From Enoplolaimus lenunculus (Eukaryota), in the NCBI GenBank assembly GCA_030248215.1, contig JASANG010000443.1, forward strand, positions 310,001-374,000: 64,000 nt of DNA, given 5' to 3'. Positions 48,250 through 62,700 of this stretch are shown one piece after another. Positions within the stretch are counted from its first letter, which is position 1, and every line of letters starts with the position of its first letter. The notes beneath the pieces were generated by a model, which was not told the DNA's origin, made no database searches, and saw only the letters and a program-made list of their open reading frames with translations. A program made the translations under genes and the position numbers.

Positions 48250-49936
48250 GGTGCTATATTTGTCGCGTAGCGTCGCCTGGAGTCGCTATAGTCGGAGTTA
48301 TATTTTTAAATTGGTTTAGGGTAGCGTCCTGCAGTCTAAGCAATTAATAAGTTCAACCATTAAAATAGTCGTCACTATTAGTTTACAGGCCGCCTTCGGT
48401 TGAATGCTCTACAGTAAATTCCAAAGAGTTGATAAATCAACTCAGAGACAGAATTATTTATTTCTGCTTTATTTCTGAGTTAATAACAGTAAACATTAAA
48501 CTCTCTCTGAGCTGAATTCTGGGTGAGTTGATTAATTTACTTAGAACGAGTACAATCAATTCAGAATTCTGAAAGACCTAATTCAGAGCTCAGACATTTG
48601 AGTGGATTCAACTCATTCTGAGTTAAAATTAACTCACTGGTACCTACAGTGTGAAAAGAAATCCATAAACGGTATCGCGTCATTTGGACCCCTGGACAAC
48701 TTATCGAGCAACATTTTGTAACCCGATCGCTCATAAGCCCAATAATTTGATGGTTACTTATGTTTAGGATTATGCTTAGGTTTTAGGCTTCAACACTGTA
48801 AATTCCAGTCAGGTGATTAATCAAGTCACCGGAAGGTTTAGTCACCGGTTATTACTGAATAACAATAAACATTAACTCACTCTGAGCTGAATAAACTCCG
48901 GCTGAGTTGATAAACTCACACTGCACAAAAAATGGTGAGTCAAATTGACTCTCTCCGAAATAGGCATTTCCGAACTACACACACTGAGTCAAATTCGACT
49001 CCGCCATAGTCAAACGTGCCGCTCAATGAGTCGAATTTGACTCTGGCGAAGTCGAAGTTAACTCAGTTTGCGTAGTCGAGTAGAACCTGTTTCGGAGAGA
49101 GTCAAGTTGTCTCACCATTTTTGCAGTGCAGAACCCATGCCGGAGCAGACAGGGGTGAAGGCTCCCTCCAAAATTGATGGTGGGAGCACTCAAAGTCGCG
49201 AGCGAGGCGAAAAAAAGCTTTGCAAACAAAATTGTTAATAAAATAGAATTCATATATGGAACAAACAAAATATTTATAAAATTACTTTAATGGTAATGAA
49301 ATCTTCTTAGCAAGGAAATGGAATTATGTCCGTAGCAGGGGAAATTGACGTTTTGCCATTAATTGCTTCGGCCAATGTTACTTTAAGGGGCGTAACAGTA
49401 GATTAAGCGTATTTCTAAGCATAAGCCTAAGCGATGCAAATATGTGTTCCTAAGCCTAAGCCTAAGCAAGAAAAAATGTAATCTGGAATCTAAACCTACT
49501 CTTTTATTGACCCACCCGAAACCTGGACAGCCCTTAAAATAACATGGACCATAGCTTCGATGAAGATTTGATTTCGTTGACACTGACGTCATCCAATGGC
49601 GGTCAAAGTTTTTGGGGCTTGTCGTCAGGAAATTTAGAAGGCGGGCGGAGTGTCATACCGAGCAATCTCTGGACACAAATACGCAACCAACTCATCATCG
49701 TATAGTGATTCATAATTCAGCTGCTACTCGGATTGGTCAAAATAATTTTAACACAGATGACGTCATCCGTCTCGAGACATGTCATCAACTCGATATCGTC
49801 ATATTTTTGTTAAAACTGCCGATCGCAGAGAACAAAACATTTTAGAAGTGTTGGTACAAACCGGCCACCTGTCGCTGTGGGACAGGGCACTGAAATCATC
49901 CAACCTGACTGTAATACTAACAATGACGTCATTCGC

Positions 49937-52560
49937 CTACAAATACGTCACCAATTCTCCGTCATCGTCTGTTTCATTGTTGAACTGCTCGCCTTCGACC
50001 ATTGTTGTTTCCAGCGAATATTTCGTTGACGATTTTTCATGTGGCGATCCAATTCCGTCCGACGACACTGCTTCTGACGATTCTTCAAGCGAGCTTTTAT
50101 CGTCATGATAGCCAGATTCGTCCGAAATCGCGTCTACGTTATCAACTGTGCCGTCACCAGCAGCAGCATTAGATGGTGCAACATGCGGCGATCGTTGGCG
50201 TATAACACTTGTAAAGGTTATATTTCGATCGAGTGATTTATCAACGTAGTCGCCTTTTGTCGTCGGTCGTTGGCGAATAACACTTGTTAGGGTTACATTT
50301 CGACCGAACGGTTTAACGTCGCGGGCGTCGTCAGGCGGTTGTTGGCGAATAACACTTGTTAATGTAATATTTCGATCGATCGATTTATTACCACTAGCAT
50401 CGTCACTGCTGTTTCGCCTATTGACTGGAGTCAGTGTTGGCGAAACGTCAAGATCGACTGCGTCTGGCGAACAATTGCCAATGCAGTTACATGAAGCGCT
50501 GGTTGTAATTGCATTATGCATGCAGTTGCAATCAGTACCATATTGCAACTGCAGTTTGCGCTCCAATTCTGGCGAAGTTGACGATTTCCAGGTACTATGT
50601 GGTTCAGGATACTGCTGGGCGGTAGTAGTGATCGCTAGCTTAGAAAACGCTTCTTGGAGCCGTGTTTTAGCACAATCTGGCGAATCGCGTTCGGTCAAAC
50701 CAGGACTTATACTGTCTGGGATGGAATTTGATGGATGGATTGGTAAATAATCGTAGAAATACGAGTAGTCTGAGCTTTGAGAGCTGGGAAATTTTTGAGA
50801 CAGTACAACTTGATGCGATGATGCGTAGTCCGAGTCATTCGTTTGATGACGGTGTGTTGCGATCCAGTCGGAACTATGTGATCTAGAGCAAGCGGGCATA
50901 TCAGATGAATGGAACCATACGGAGTCATTGGGATCAGTAGGGATCGTACCGCGTAATTCACAACTCGTCTGACGGTTGTATGGCACTTTTTGTTTTGGAA
51001 ACACTTTGGCGTATACTGGCGGCTCTCGGAGATGAGCGATCGCGTTTGGCTGCTTGGGGATCGAGTCGAAAGCACCAATGCTTAGCTCGTTAGCCAAGAA
51101 TGATGTCTTTGCTCGATATTCCACACTTTCATTCAGTTGTATTTCAGTTGAAGTTTGGTTCGGCGTTTGGTTCCCGTAGCTACAGCCAGTTGGGTTATTT
51201 TTTAACTGGAGCGATTCAGCACTTACTCGAGCCCGCTCCGCTGAAAACTGCTCGGTAGCACCCGGGGTACTTTCAAAACGAGCCTGGCTAAGACTATCCG
51301 GTTTCTGCATCAGGTTTGCGGTATTTGCGTCAACATTCGGGTAGCCAATATCGTAACCTGATGGACGATACCCAGCTGGCTCGGCTACGGGTACAACAAT
51401 GTCGCGAGGGTCAACGTTTTCGTTCACGCTCGCGGCATCACTGTCGCCGTCTTCCTCTTCGATCGAACAGAGACGCGGTGCGCTCTTTGATCGTGTCATT
51501 GGAGGACGAAAGTTCGCTGCGCCAGTTGATAGCATCGCTTTGCGCGCTGGCAGCCGACCACCGGTCATACCAGCACCGCTAAGCGTTGCTGCAACTGTCG
51601 ACCGAACGTTCTGACGGGCAATTTTCTCTCGTCGGTACTCGAGCAGCGCTGCGCTGACTTGCTCGCTAAGCTGACGAGCCATCAGCGCTGGCTGCTCGAG
51701 ACGTTTGGTGAGCGCCGCATGGCAACGAAGCTCGGGTTTCATGCGTTTGCCTAAAATTTTAAAACAAATTTAAAATTTAATATTTTTTGAGAATTTTTTA
51801 CGCAAATTTATAGGATATTTTTCAAATTTTCATTTCGCAAATTGATGGAGTTTAGTTGCTAGTTTACAGCTTGAAATTTTTCTATTAATACTTCATATAC
51901 ATATTCAGAATATGGAGTAATGTAGAGAAATTTCCAGCTTTACACATAAAAAATATAAAAACAGCTTAGGAAACCCAGGGGGACGACGACGCTGGACCCC
52001 CCTCGTACATAAATCAAATGCACAAACGAATTTACGCATTCGTCTGTTGGCAAATCCAATACAACCAGTCATTTTTACTTATCGCACATTGCATTTATTA
52101 GTTCACATCTAAATTTGAATTTTTGAAAAATTCGATTTTTTTGCAGAATGAATTTTACGTTGAACTAACCTTCATGTTTATAAATCCAAACGAACACCCG
52201 TTGATAACCCGGCGGTGCGCAACAAAACGTAATCCGATGCGCCCAATATTCGGTCAGTCCTTGCGCTTTTGTATAAGCCTTGAGGCCTGATCGGGTAACA
52301 ATTAGTCGCATAGCGATTTCTGGTTGAGGGGGTGGCATCGTTGATTGTTTTCGACCCCCCTGGCTAGCAGCAGCTGCAGCCGCGGCAGCTGCTTTTACAT
52401 TATTACAGTAAGTTCGCCAAATAAGCGCGAGCGGCTTATCGTAGCACCCATCACCTTTAGCCAACGGGGTTACCACGTTGCCAAGGTAGACAACATTATA
52501 AACTGGATCCGGTTCATTCAGAACAAACTTCCGTTTCCGGCGTCGCCAGAATAGAGTCAT
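49937..52560 (-). CDS. FAM43A: FAM43-like PTB/PID-domain protein, 2 exons, 734 aa
   Basis: Exon 52170-52560 (donor GTTAGT) plus exon 49937-51750 (acceptor TTTTAG), phase 1. Motifs DPVYNVVYLGN, AKGDGC, HRITFC, VFVWIYKHEG-KRMKPELRCHA match my recollection of the FAM43 PID domain; long disordered C-terminus. An upstream exon cannot be excluded. Confidence 0.85.
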
Positions 52561-53061
52561 TTTGATGCTTGGTTCCGGAACTGCGATAGATTTTACTGCA
52601 ATCTTCCCAAGTGTATTATTAAGGTTTAGTATTTAAACGTAGATTAATTAATGATATACACAGATACAATACTGTTACATCAATATTTTGTTTCTAAATT
52701 AGCTGAAATTTTATTGCCAAAATTTTTTTCACCAATTGTACCTTTATTGTTGGTACAAAATGGAAGCCGACACTTATACAAGTCAAGTTCCGTAAACTTA
52801 GGGTTGCGCTATACTTTCTTTGTGCCGCACAGCGCCGCACGTCAACGCGCCGTTTGGGGCCGCCTTTAAAATTTGCTTTTTGACATCAGACGCGGCGAAG
52901 CGTATGGCATCCGGATTGCAGTTAAAACTTCAAAAACTATATTAATTTGACGATTTGAATGTTTACCAGCACCTTGCATTTATTAATGAAACGCTTTGAA
53001 ATTACAAAACAGCAGCAGAAATGTGTTTGTTGGTGTAACTTGACAAGCCAAAATTTGAGCC

Positions 53062-54497
53062 ATTGATTTGATGATGACAAGACCTGTTACCATTTGATGA
53101 TTACAAGACCTATTACCATTTGATGATTACAAGACCTATTACCATTTGATGATTACAAGACCTATTACCATTTGATGATTACAAGACCTATTACCATTTG
53201 ATGATGACAAGACCTGTTACCATTGGATGATTACAAGACCTATTACCATTTGATGATGACAAGACCTGTTACCATTGGATGATTACAAGACCTATTACCA
53301 TTTGATGATTACAAGACCTATTACCATTTGATGATGACAAGACCTATTACCATTGGATGATTACAAGACCTATTACCATTTGATGATGACAAGACCTGTT
53401 ACCATTGGATGATTACAAGACCTATTACCATTTGATGATGACAAGACCTATTACCATTGGATGATTACAAGACCTATTACCATTTGATGATTACAAGACC
53501 TGTTACCATTGGATGATTACAAGACCTATTACCATTTGATGATTACAAGACCTATTACCATTTGATGATGACAAGACCTGTTACCATTGGATGATTACAA
53601 GACCTATTACCATTTGATGATTACAAGACCTATTACCATTTGATGATGACAAGACCTGTTACCATTGGATGATTACAAGACCTATTACCATTTGATGATG
53701 ACAAGACCTATTACCATTTGATGATTACAAGACCTATTACCATTTGATGATTACAAGACCTATTACCATTTGATGATTACAAGACCTATTACCATTTGAT
53801 GATTACAAGACCTATTACCATTTGATGATTACAAGACCTATTACCATTTGATGATTACAAGACCTATTACCATTTGATGATTACAAGACCTATTACCATT
53901 TGATGATTACAAGACCTATTACCATTTGATGATTACAAGACCTATTACCATTTGATGATTACAAGACCTATTACCATTTGATGATTACAAGACCTATTAC
54001 CATTTGATGATGACAAGACCTGTTACCATTGGATGATTACAAGACCTATTACCATTTGATGATGACAAGACCTATTACCATTTGATGATTACAAGACCTA
54101 TTACCATTTGATGATGACAAGACCTGTTACCATTGGATGATTACAAGACCTATTACCATTTGATGATTACAAGACCTATTACCATTTGATGATGACAAGA
54201 CCTATTACCATTGGATGATTACAAGACCTATTACCATTTGATGATGACAAGACCTGTTACCATTGGATGATTACAAGACCTATTACCATTTGATGATTAC
54301 AAGACCTATTACCATTTGATGATGACAAGACCTGTTACCATTGGATGATTACAAGACCTATTACCATTTGATGATGACAAGACCTATTACCATTTGATGA
54401 TTACAAGACCTATTACCATTTGATGATTACAAGACCTATTACCATTTGATGATTACAAGACCTATTACCATTTGATGATTACAAGACCTATTACCAA
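53062..54497. repeat. 26-bp minisatellite (CCATTTGATGATTACAAGACCTATTA), ~55 copies
   Basis: Highly homogeneous period-26 array with a recurring variant (GATGAC...CTGTTACCATTGG). Confidence 0.97.
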
Positions 54498-55382
54498 CTG
54501 ATGATAAGTACAAGCTGCAATAAATACATACGTTATGGAACTAGCAGCACCCTTCTTAAGTGTAACCGAAAAATTCGGATTAGTGTAAGCAGATGAGGCA
54601 TACTTGAACAAGAGTATCAATTCTGCGTAGAAAAGAATGTACCCGGCATGCGATGCGTTTTTCGATAACCCCCCTTATTTAGAGGGTGTATAACCTGTGC
54701 GAACCATGACACTTTATGTATCCGGCATCAAAAATTGATCCGCTTATAGTTTAATTTAAGATTATTGCATGTGACAGCGACCCCCCGCCCCCTTAAACCA
54801 ACGGGGGGGGCAAAGAAGCAACGATTCATGGTACATTTTGTATCACGCAGATTCCCAAAAGTTGCACACTCTTGTATTATGCACTCTTGGCGTAGGCCAG
54901 CACCGAGAAACGCTAAATTATTGCTAATAGAGCTTGCGGATTATTAATGATTACACAATTTTACTGAAACACTGATTCTAAGATAAGGTAGGCATCCCCG
55001 TATGGTCCCTGTAGTTATGACCATTGGAGGTTCTATGATTTTTTTCTTCGGGGTTGGAGTGGCTTGTAAATGTAATTTTTTATATCTCAGACCATGTAAT
55101 AATCGTATTCGTTTCAAAAATTGAACAGTTAGTGAAACATTTCCAAGGGATGGCGTGACCATTCCTGGTTGCAGCCGTGTGCGTTTTGAACAAAATCTTA
55201 ACCTTCGAACAGTCAAGAACACTCTTAACAACAAGACATAGACTGTCTTAAATTTAAGACAAATGAAGAATTTTTGAAATAATTTCAAGTACAATTGTAT
55301 ACGAGAATTGTGTTCATCGCAACTATTGTTATTTTGGCTTTGTTGTATTTTCAAGTGTTTGACATTAAAAAATTCCAATACA

Positions 55383-55383
<1 letters not shown>

Positions 55384-55451
<68 letters not shown>
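55384..55451. repeat. (TA)n microsatellite
   Basis: Direct reading of the sequence. Confidence 0.95.
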
Positions 55452-55456
<5 letters not shown>

Positions 55457-56279
55457 GTGACTTGTGAGCAAGTTTACAGCCACTACAGAGGCGCTGTCGT
55501 CGTCAAGACGATCCGGCGAACGTCTTAAAATTTTGGGAAACCAATAGAACCGGTAAAAAATACCGGGTTGTGGGCCAAACTTTACTGCGGTTTCTAACGA
55601 TGTGTACTTAATCAATTGGCAAGTTTTAGAATCTTTTTTCAAAGGAACCCGATAAAATGTCGGCAATTAATTTAAAACTGTAACGCAAGCTGTAAAATTA
55701 TTTTTTCTAAATACACGTGTCTTAATATCAAAGTTTTCCCGTCTGTATCAATTAAAGACTCATTTTATTTGGAATAAAATTTTATCCCAAAATTTAAAAA
55801 TGACCATGAATGAGAAAGTTTCACAATACCGAAACTATAAGGACTCGTCCGTGCGTCAAAAGCAAAACCATTATCCTGCTTCCGCTCTTGGCTTAGGCTT
55901 AAGAATATGCTTATACTACTCTTACGACCCTGATCTATAAATTGGCCCAAATATGATCGACAGTGGTAGATGCAGATGGACGACACAGCTCGGATCATAT
56001 ATATTGAAAACCGCTCGCGAGCAAGAAGCCAAACGCAATTTTAGTGCTAAATCTTAATACAAACTTTAATTTCGATCCCTGTTGGGTGCCTCAAACATGG
56101 GTGTGTTCGCCCCATATGCAAAAGTGTATACAAGTTCTCATTGTTCCCCCAGTTGTACTGTATTTACAATTTAGGTTTGTAACACTCTAGAAAACGATTT
56201 TGATAACATTCAAAGCTCTAAGACGCTCTGGTTATTGAGTTATGCTCCAAAAATTATAAGAAAACATGTACCCTATTTT

Positions 56280-56453
56280 CAATGGCGGATCCATATGGGG
56301 GGCCCACCCCGGCCATGCCACCCCAACAGCATCTCGACAAAAATTATATAGCAATTTTATGGCAATAGTTCGTAGTTTGTGTGTGGGTCAAAAATAAGTT
56401 AATTACCGTGAAATTTTGCCCCCCCCCATTTTGAGATTCTGGATCCGCCACTG
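56280..56453. mobile_element. hAT-like MITE (CA(A/G)TGGCGGATCC termini)
   Basis: Inverted ends with flanks CCTATTTT and CCTGTTTT; sister copy at 63030-63216. Confidence 0.7.
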
Positions 56454-56580
56454 CCTGTTTTCACCCGGTTTCATGCTTAAAAGCAGTATCTGAACGGTTC
56501 AGTTTAAATTTTAGGCTTAAAACGCCACATTTGGCTGCTTATGCGCCGTAAACTGCTAATGACAAGTTGTCTTCAATTAT

Positions 56581-56780
56581 ATTCTGATTGGTTAATACTG
56601 TTACTCTCAAAAATTGTAAACCTTGTATTAACCAATTCTGATTGGTTAATACTGTTACTCTCAAAAATTGTAAACCTTGTATTAACCAATTCTGATTGGT
56701 TAATACTGTTACTCTCAAACATTTTAAACCTTATATTAACCAATTCTGATTGGTTCTTGGTTCTGTTACTCTCAAAAAAA
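56581..56780. repeat. 54-bp tandem repeat, ~3.7 copies
   Basis: ATTCTGATTGGTT at 56581, 56635, 56689 and 56743. Confidence 0.9.
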
Positions 56781-59700
56781 TGTAAATCTTCTATTTACCA
56801 TCAGTCGTATAAAACAGCGACGACAGGAAAACAGAAATTTTTAACAAATTTGACCTCAATTTTTTGTCATTGGAAATTCAAATTGTACTATTTCCACTTC
56901 TTATTTTGTGAATCACAACTAATATATTCTGAAAATTTTTCATTAAAAACAATAATAATATACGTTTAAAAAGAATAATATATATAATTTACATTCATAT
57001 ATACATATATATGTATTGTATACTACATATAAATAAATCGCAGAAACAAAATTTTTCGCACATAAGATACGCAGAAAATGGACCGAGGATCGTGGCAGAA
57101 GATGAATAAAATTCTAATTTAAGTGGAAATTATGGTGAAGAAACGAACTACGGTGCTGAGTGTGGGCCCGTAACTAAAGGGGGGGGGGGGTAGGGGACTC
57201 ACCGCTCCCCCCCGGAAAAATTTTGGCCCACCTTAGAAACTTTTCAACCTTGCTTGTAAATCTAGCCATTCAACGATCCCAGTGTTTTACCACAGTTTAG
57301 TTTTAAATACGTATTTTTGGAGTCAGATTCTCAGCTGTCTGTCCACGTATTTGAGTTAAGAGTTTTAGGTTCGTAAACATGAGAGCACAGTAATACAACA
57401 GATGTTATTTTATCCTTAGGAAATAGATAATTTGAGTACAACACATATGTTCAATACTGTAGCTCACAACCAGTAGCCGATCCAGAGGGAAGGGCCGGAG
57501 ACCTACGCCCTACCGTAAGAATTTATTACGATAAAATGGTAAGGTTCCATATCTTACAATTTTCCCAACAGAATTCTTTGTCAAAAATACAATTTTTTCT
57601 CCTCAAAATTATTTTGTGATAAAATGATAAGCGTAGCTTACAATTTTTCACTGCCAATTGCACGTATATATTGCATGCAGTAAATTGTGTTTCATAACAT
57701 TTGCCAACCCATTCCCCCCGGCAGAAATTTCTGGATTCACCTTTACTCACAACTAAATGGTTCAAAAGTTTACACGACCTGTGACCAACTGAAGATTCGA
57801 TGCTACACGTATTTGAGAGTATATGAGCAATGGCCACAGTACAAAATTAAGATTTAGGACCCATATTGTCAAATGTGTATTGCAACTATCATCAGTCAGT
57901 AATAGATTTGCAAACTCACCAAATATTGCAGTTGTTGAACTACAAAATTGGCACAGAAGTAGCGCAAATCATACGTCAAACGTTTACTGAATTTTAAGCG
58001 TCAACATTCACTAGTTCAACAATTACAACACCAATCAGCAACTGGTGATAGGTGCTACACGCATTTGAGAATACAGATTTAGAAGATTTTTTTTTGGTTT
58101 ATTTGAGAAACGATAGAACTGTGTTTTCTGTTTAAGTTGCTTAAGTTTGCTTTTTTGCTGTCCCTCAGAAACACTTTCCGCCAGTGATCTTGACATGGGT
58201 CAAAGGATTTAAAATACAAATCTTGGTAATATCCAGTGCGATAAGCTTTAAAAGTCAACCATGCTTAACAACTCGCTAACAAATTTTACTTAAAATCCTA
58301 AAAAACCGCCCGTTTTTAACACAAACAATATTGATTTTAACGAAACTTATATCTCATTCGTAGCTGAAAACTGTCTACAGGGCGGATTTTTAAATTTCGG
58401 CCAACGTTAAAATTTTAAAATCATATTTGAGTGCGATTTATTGAGAATTTTTCAAATTTAAAATTTAAACCTTAAACCTAAAACTTGACATTAGCAAAAG
58501 CAATAATTAATGATCCCAAGAATAGTTTCCGCAACCAACTACGTCGCAGTGCTGTATTGAAGAATTTGAATTGTCAGGAGCGGACGCTGGAAAAACCAAA
58601 TATAGGACGCTAATGGCTGTTGGACAATTCCGCGCAAAATAAAGCCTACACATAAAATAAATTGTCTTGTGTTCATGAAATATTGTCTGAAAATTAAGCC
58701 AATTATGTCTAAATGCAGACTCCAGACGTATATATGTCTTGAATTCAAGACTTTTATTTCTTAAAATTTTCAGAAATAATTGATCTAAAAATTTCCACAC
58801 TTAAATGTCTTACAGTTAAGACTTTGTTTATGAACGTTTAAGAAAAATATTTGTGCAATATAAGACAAATATGTCTGAAATAACAGAGAGAGTTGCCATG
58901 GAAACTGACTTTAAAATTGGGGGCTAAAGCTCACCCAATACCTGAATTTTACACCGTAAAATACGTCCAAAACGTAAACTTTGGTTAGCGAAAGCCTGAG
59001 CTCAACCCTAAATATCTTTGAAACTCGATTATTTATATACTCTCTTAAGAATATAAACGCAGTATCTGTTTTCTAAACATAAAAATCAGAAAATCAATTC
59101 TTGAATATAAAACAATTTCTTCAAAGAAAGAAACTTGATAAGACATTTATGTTTTAACCATTTAAGAAACGAATTTCTGAGCTGCTTAAAGCTATTAATG
59201 TCTGAAGTACAAAATACTTATATCTTGAAAATTTAAGAAAGTAGTAGTCTTGAAATTATAAGACAATTTAATTTGTGAGTACGCTCACGCCTTAGCAAAA
59301 GCCTAAAACCTTTAAGTGTGAGGGAAGTGTACAAGATCGTTCCGTAAGAGTCAAGGGTCGAACAGTTAACAATGGTTCAATAAGTAGTTACTCAGGGGCG
59401 TCCGCAGAAAATTATATTTGGCGGTGGGGCCACCGAATAATTTTAGGAACCTTCAATAATTGCAATTCAAAACTGTTTACTTTAAAATCGAGTCTATTTG
59501 GGGGGATACCAGCCAAATTTAAAGAAGATGCACTACCCCCCAATGGCTCTCGTGGGCCACACCCTTGTAGTCACTGTCTTTAGCTGGAAGTGATGGTGGG
59601 TTGCGAGGTGCTGTCGTTGTGTTTCGGACACTCGTTGCCCCCTCGCTGCTGGCACTGTGTCCGGTACCAAAATAACAAAAAATCTTTTTCATCTCAATCG

Positions 59701-62700
59701 CAGAGTTCACAAAATATTTTTCTAAAAACATTACAAAAACATTTTAAAATTAAACCAAAAAAACACAACCAATGTTCAAACTATTAAATGCTTGTAGCAG
59801 TTTGTTCTACAAAAATTACACTCAACGCGATATATGCTTGCAAGCTAACAATTCGTGCTTGCATAATTGCACTTTAGCAATTAGTCAAAACTTAAAATTA
59901 TCTGCACGCAGCGTGCATAATTATAATGCAATAATTGCAATTGCAAACTGCGTGGAGAATAGTTTGCTGTTTGGGGAGGTTATGAATGTACATGAGCAGG
60001 GTGACCGCTGTATTCCACAGCATCTCTGTCAGGTAAATGACGCTTGAACGATCATTAATGATTGGTCCGTTCTATCTTAAGACCCAATATTTTAGCCGTT
60101 TTTAAGTACCCGCTACCCGACCCCCGCTATCGAAATCCTCGATTGACGCCACTGTCGAAGAAATACTTCAGTGTTTTGTTGCTGGACGCCGTCAAAAAGT
60201 TACATACTTAGAGTCATAAATCAGACCAAAAAATGTTTACAAATAAACTTAAGTATATAATGATTAATTAATTTGGACTAAAAGTGTAAGTACAGTTTTA
60301 CTAAACTGATTACTCGGCATTTTTCAAAGAGTCAATTAGATACAAGTGGCCGATAATGTACGATTTATACGCGGTGAAATCGTACGCCGGCTACATACAG
60401 GGTTAGAGCGAGCAATCAAAGTGTTTGAATACAATCAGGCGATAATACGTCACTCGACAACGTGTCGCCCAACAGTTTCCTAATGAAAGAATCTTCGCAG
60501 AATCCCAAGTCTAAAGCCTAGCATAATGATGAGTGACGAATTGTCGAGTCGATGAAATTTCAGATTACAAGTTGTCGGTTGACGAATTGTCGTGATACCA
60601 CTTGGACAATATGTATCTTTAATCCATTTACCTTTAAAAATATTGCTTAGGATAGCTAAGGATTGTTTGCCCATCTGCATTCTCACATGTATTCAGGATG
60701 TCCTGGCGGTGGACGCAGTGGTCACGGCTGTAGCGGAAATGGCTTTTGGATTGACGCATTTGCTCCACGCGGTACCCTAACCGGACGGGCAAGGCATGTG
60801 AATTTGAATGCTGGACCCCCTACACCTCGAAATTTTCTAACAGTCAGAATTCGCAAATGGTATCCAAATATTGCCTGGACAAGCATAGAAATGCTCAGAT
60901 GACCGTAACAGATATTTGAGTTGCTAGGCAACTGTCAAACCCTTGAAGCTGAATCGGTGATAATTTTCATAAGAATTCAATTACAAACTATTTCACAATG
61001 GATAAGTAACCATGATTATTTCATTTCCAGGGTAGGAGATTTTACCCCAGGTCTTAAAACGTTTTTCTGTGAGCGACCGTAGCGAGCGATAAAAATATGA
61101 CAGGTGCAAAGTATTCGGCAGCCTGTTAAAGCGGTGTTTTTATGACCATTTCCGAAAATTTCGGAGGAGACCTATCCCCTATTTCACTAGTATACGCCGC
61201 TGTTTTCATGGTTGTTACAGTTATGCATACGGCGGAAATTAAATGGAACGCTTGCATGACTAAAAATCGTAGTGAACCCTTTAACTGTACGAAACATCGA
61301 GTGGGACGTTACCCGCGGGTACACGCGGGTCGGGTAAAAAATTTCAGGGCGTGGGTATACCCGCGGGTAAAGATTTTTATCACGCGGGTAAAAAATTCAC
61401 AATTTCTACCCGCAGCAAACTTTTAAGTTTTAAGGCGGAAAATTTACGCTATTGTCTGTTTCATTTCTGGTCAGATGCGGTCTGCCGAACGACGAGTGGT
61501 CGCGCGACAGTGGCGTATCCAGGATCTTACAATGGGGGGCCAAAATTTCGTAGGTAATAAACTTATTTTTGACCCACACACAAACCACGAACCATTGCCA
61601 TAAAATTGACTTCTTTACGTTCGTTCAATTGAGATGAATCACAAATAAAACTAACGCATCAACGCAATTTATATCTAAACAAGAGTGTGACAACATAAAA
61701 TCACATTTGGTTTCAAACAGGCACAAATTTAAAGGCTCGGATTTGGAAGCCAATGCTACATCTTTTTCTGTTTTTGAATGAGTTAGTACTGCCTGCTGTT
61801 TTCAGTACAGCGTAGAACAGCAATTGACACTCTATATGATTTTTGTTGAGATGCTGTTGGGTGGGCCACGGCCGGGGTGGCCGCCCATGGATTCGCCATT
61901 GTCGGGCGACAAATTTTTGTGATACCGCGAAATATTGGCAAATACTTCGAATGGTACTTCATATCCCTGGCAAGAATTTCTCCACACAACCGTCTCTGGA
62001 ACCATTAGCGCAGCGCACAAAACCCGCATAGCACAAATACAACGCAAATTGCACTTACAATTGAAATAATTGCAAATTTGCAATAGTCAACGAACGAACA
62101 AAAAACGGTACGACTTGTGCAAAAAAGTTACACCATACTAAGGGGATACCACCGTTGACGGATCATTACAAACTGAGCGACACCATACCAACAGGGGGGG
62201 TCCAGTGGTGCCTTCATAACATTTGCCTACTACAGACACCGCGTTATTGAATTTATTGCTTACAAATGTGTCCGTTGAAATTGGAAAAAAAGTTCAAAAG
62301 TACTCAGATTCGTTTCTAACCTGTCCCAGCCTTTACGGTCCGAGGGGGTACATGACTCCAAAGATGCTTCGACGCGCCTCGTAAGAGTCATTGAAATTGT
62401 TTTATTTTGACTATTTACAAGATGTTACTTAAGCTATAATCTATTGCTACACAAATCTTGCTTCCAACGAACGCTAATTGAGTTACGTTGTTGTTTCGAC
62501 TGTTTGAATTTATAAATTGTACAAAGTTTTCGTTTTCTCAAGAGACAGAGACGGGGTAAAGATATGTGAGGGGTGGGAAATAGCCAGCTCAATATCCAGG
62601 GGTCACAAAAATTTAAATAAATATGCGGGAATTTCATATTTCTATAAAAGTTGAAAGCGAATCTGGAAGACTTGTTTTACATCCTCTGTCTACCGGCCGT

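Noticed and set aside
54944..55666. 240-aa ORF
   Set aside because: Starts at TTG, runs through a (TA)n microsatellite (YIYIYI) and has no recognisable domain; likely chance.
56541..56969. 142-aa ORF with repeated SDWLILLLS
   Set aside because: It is a translation of the 54-bp tandem repeat with no other coding evidence.
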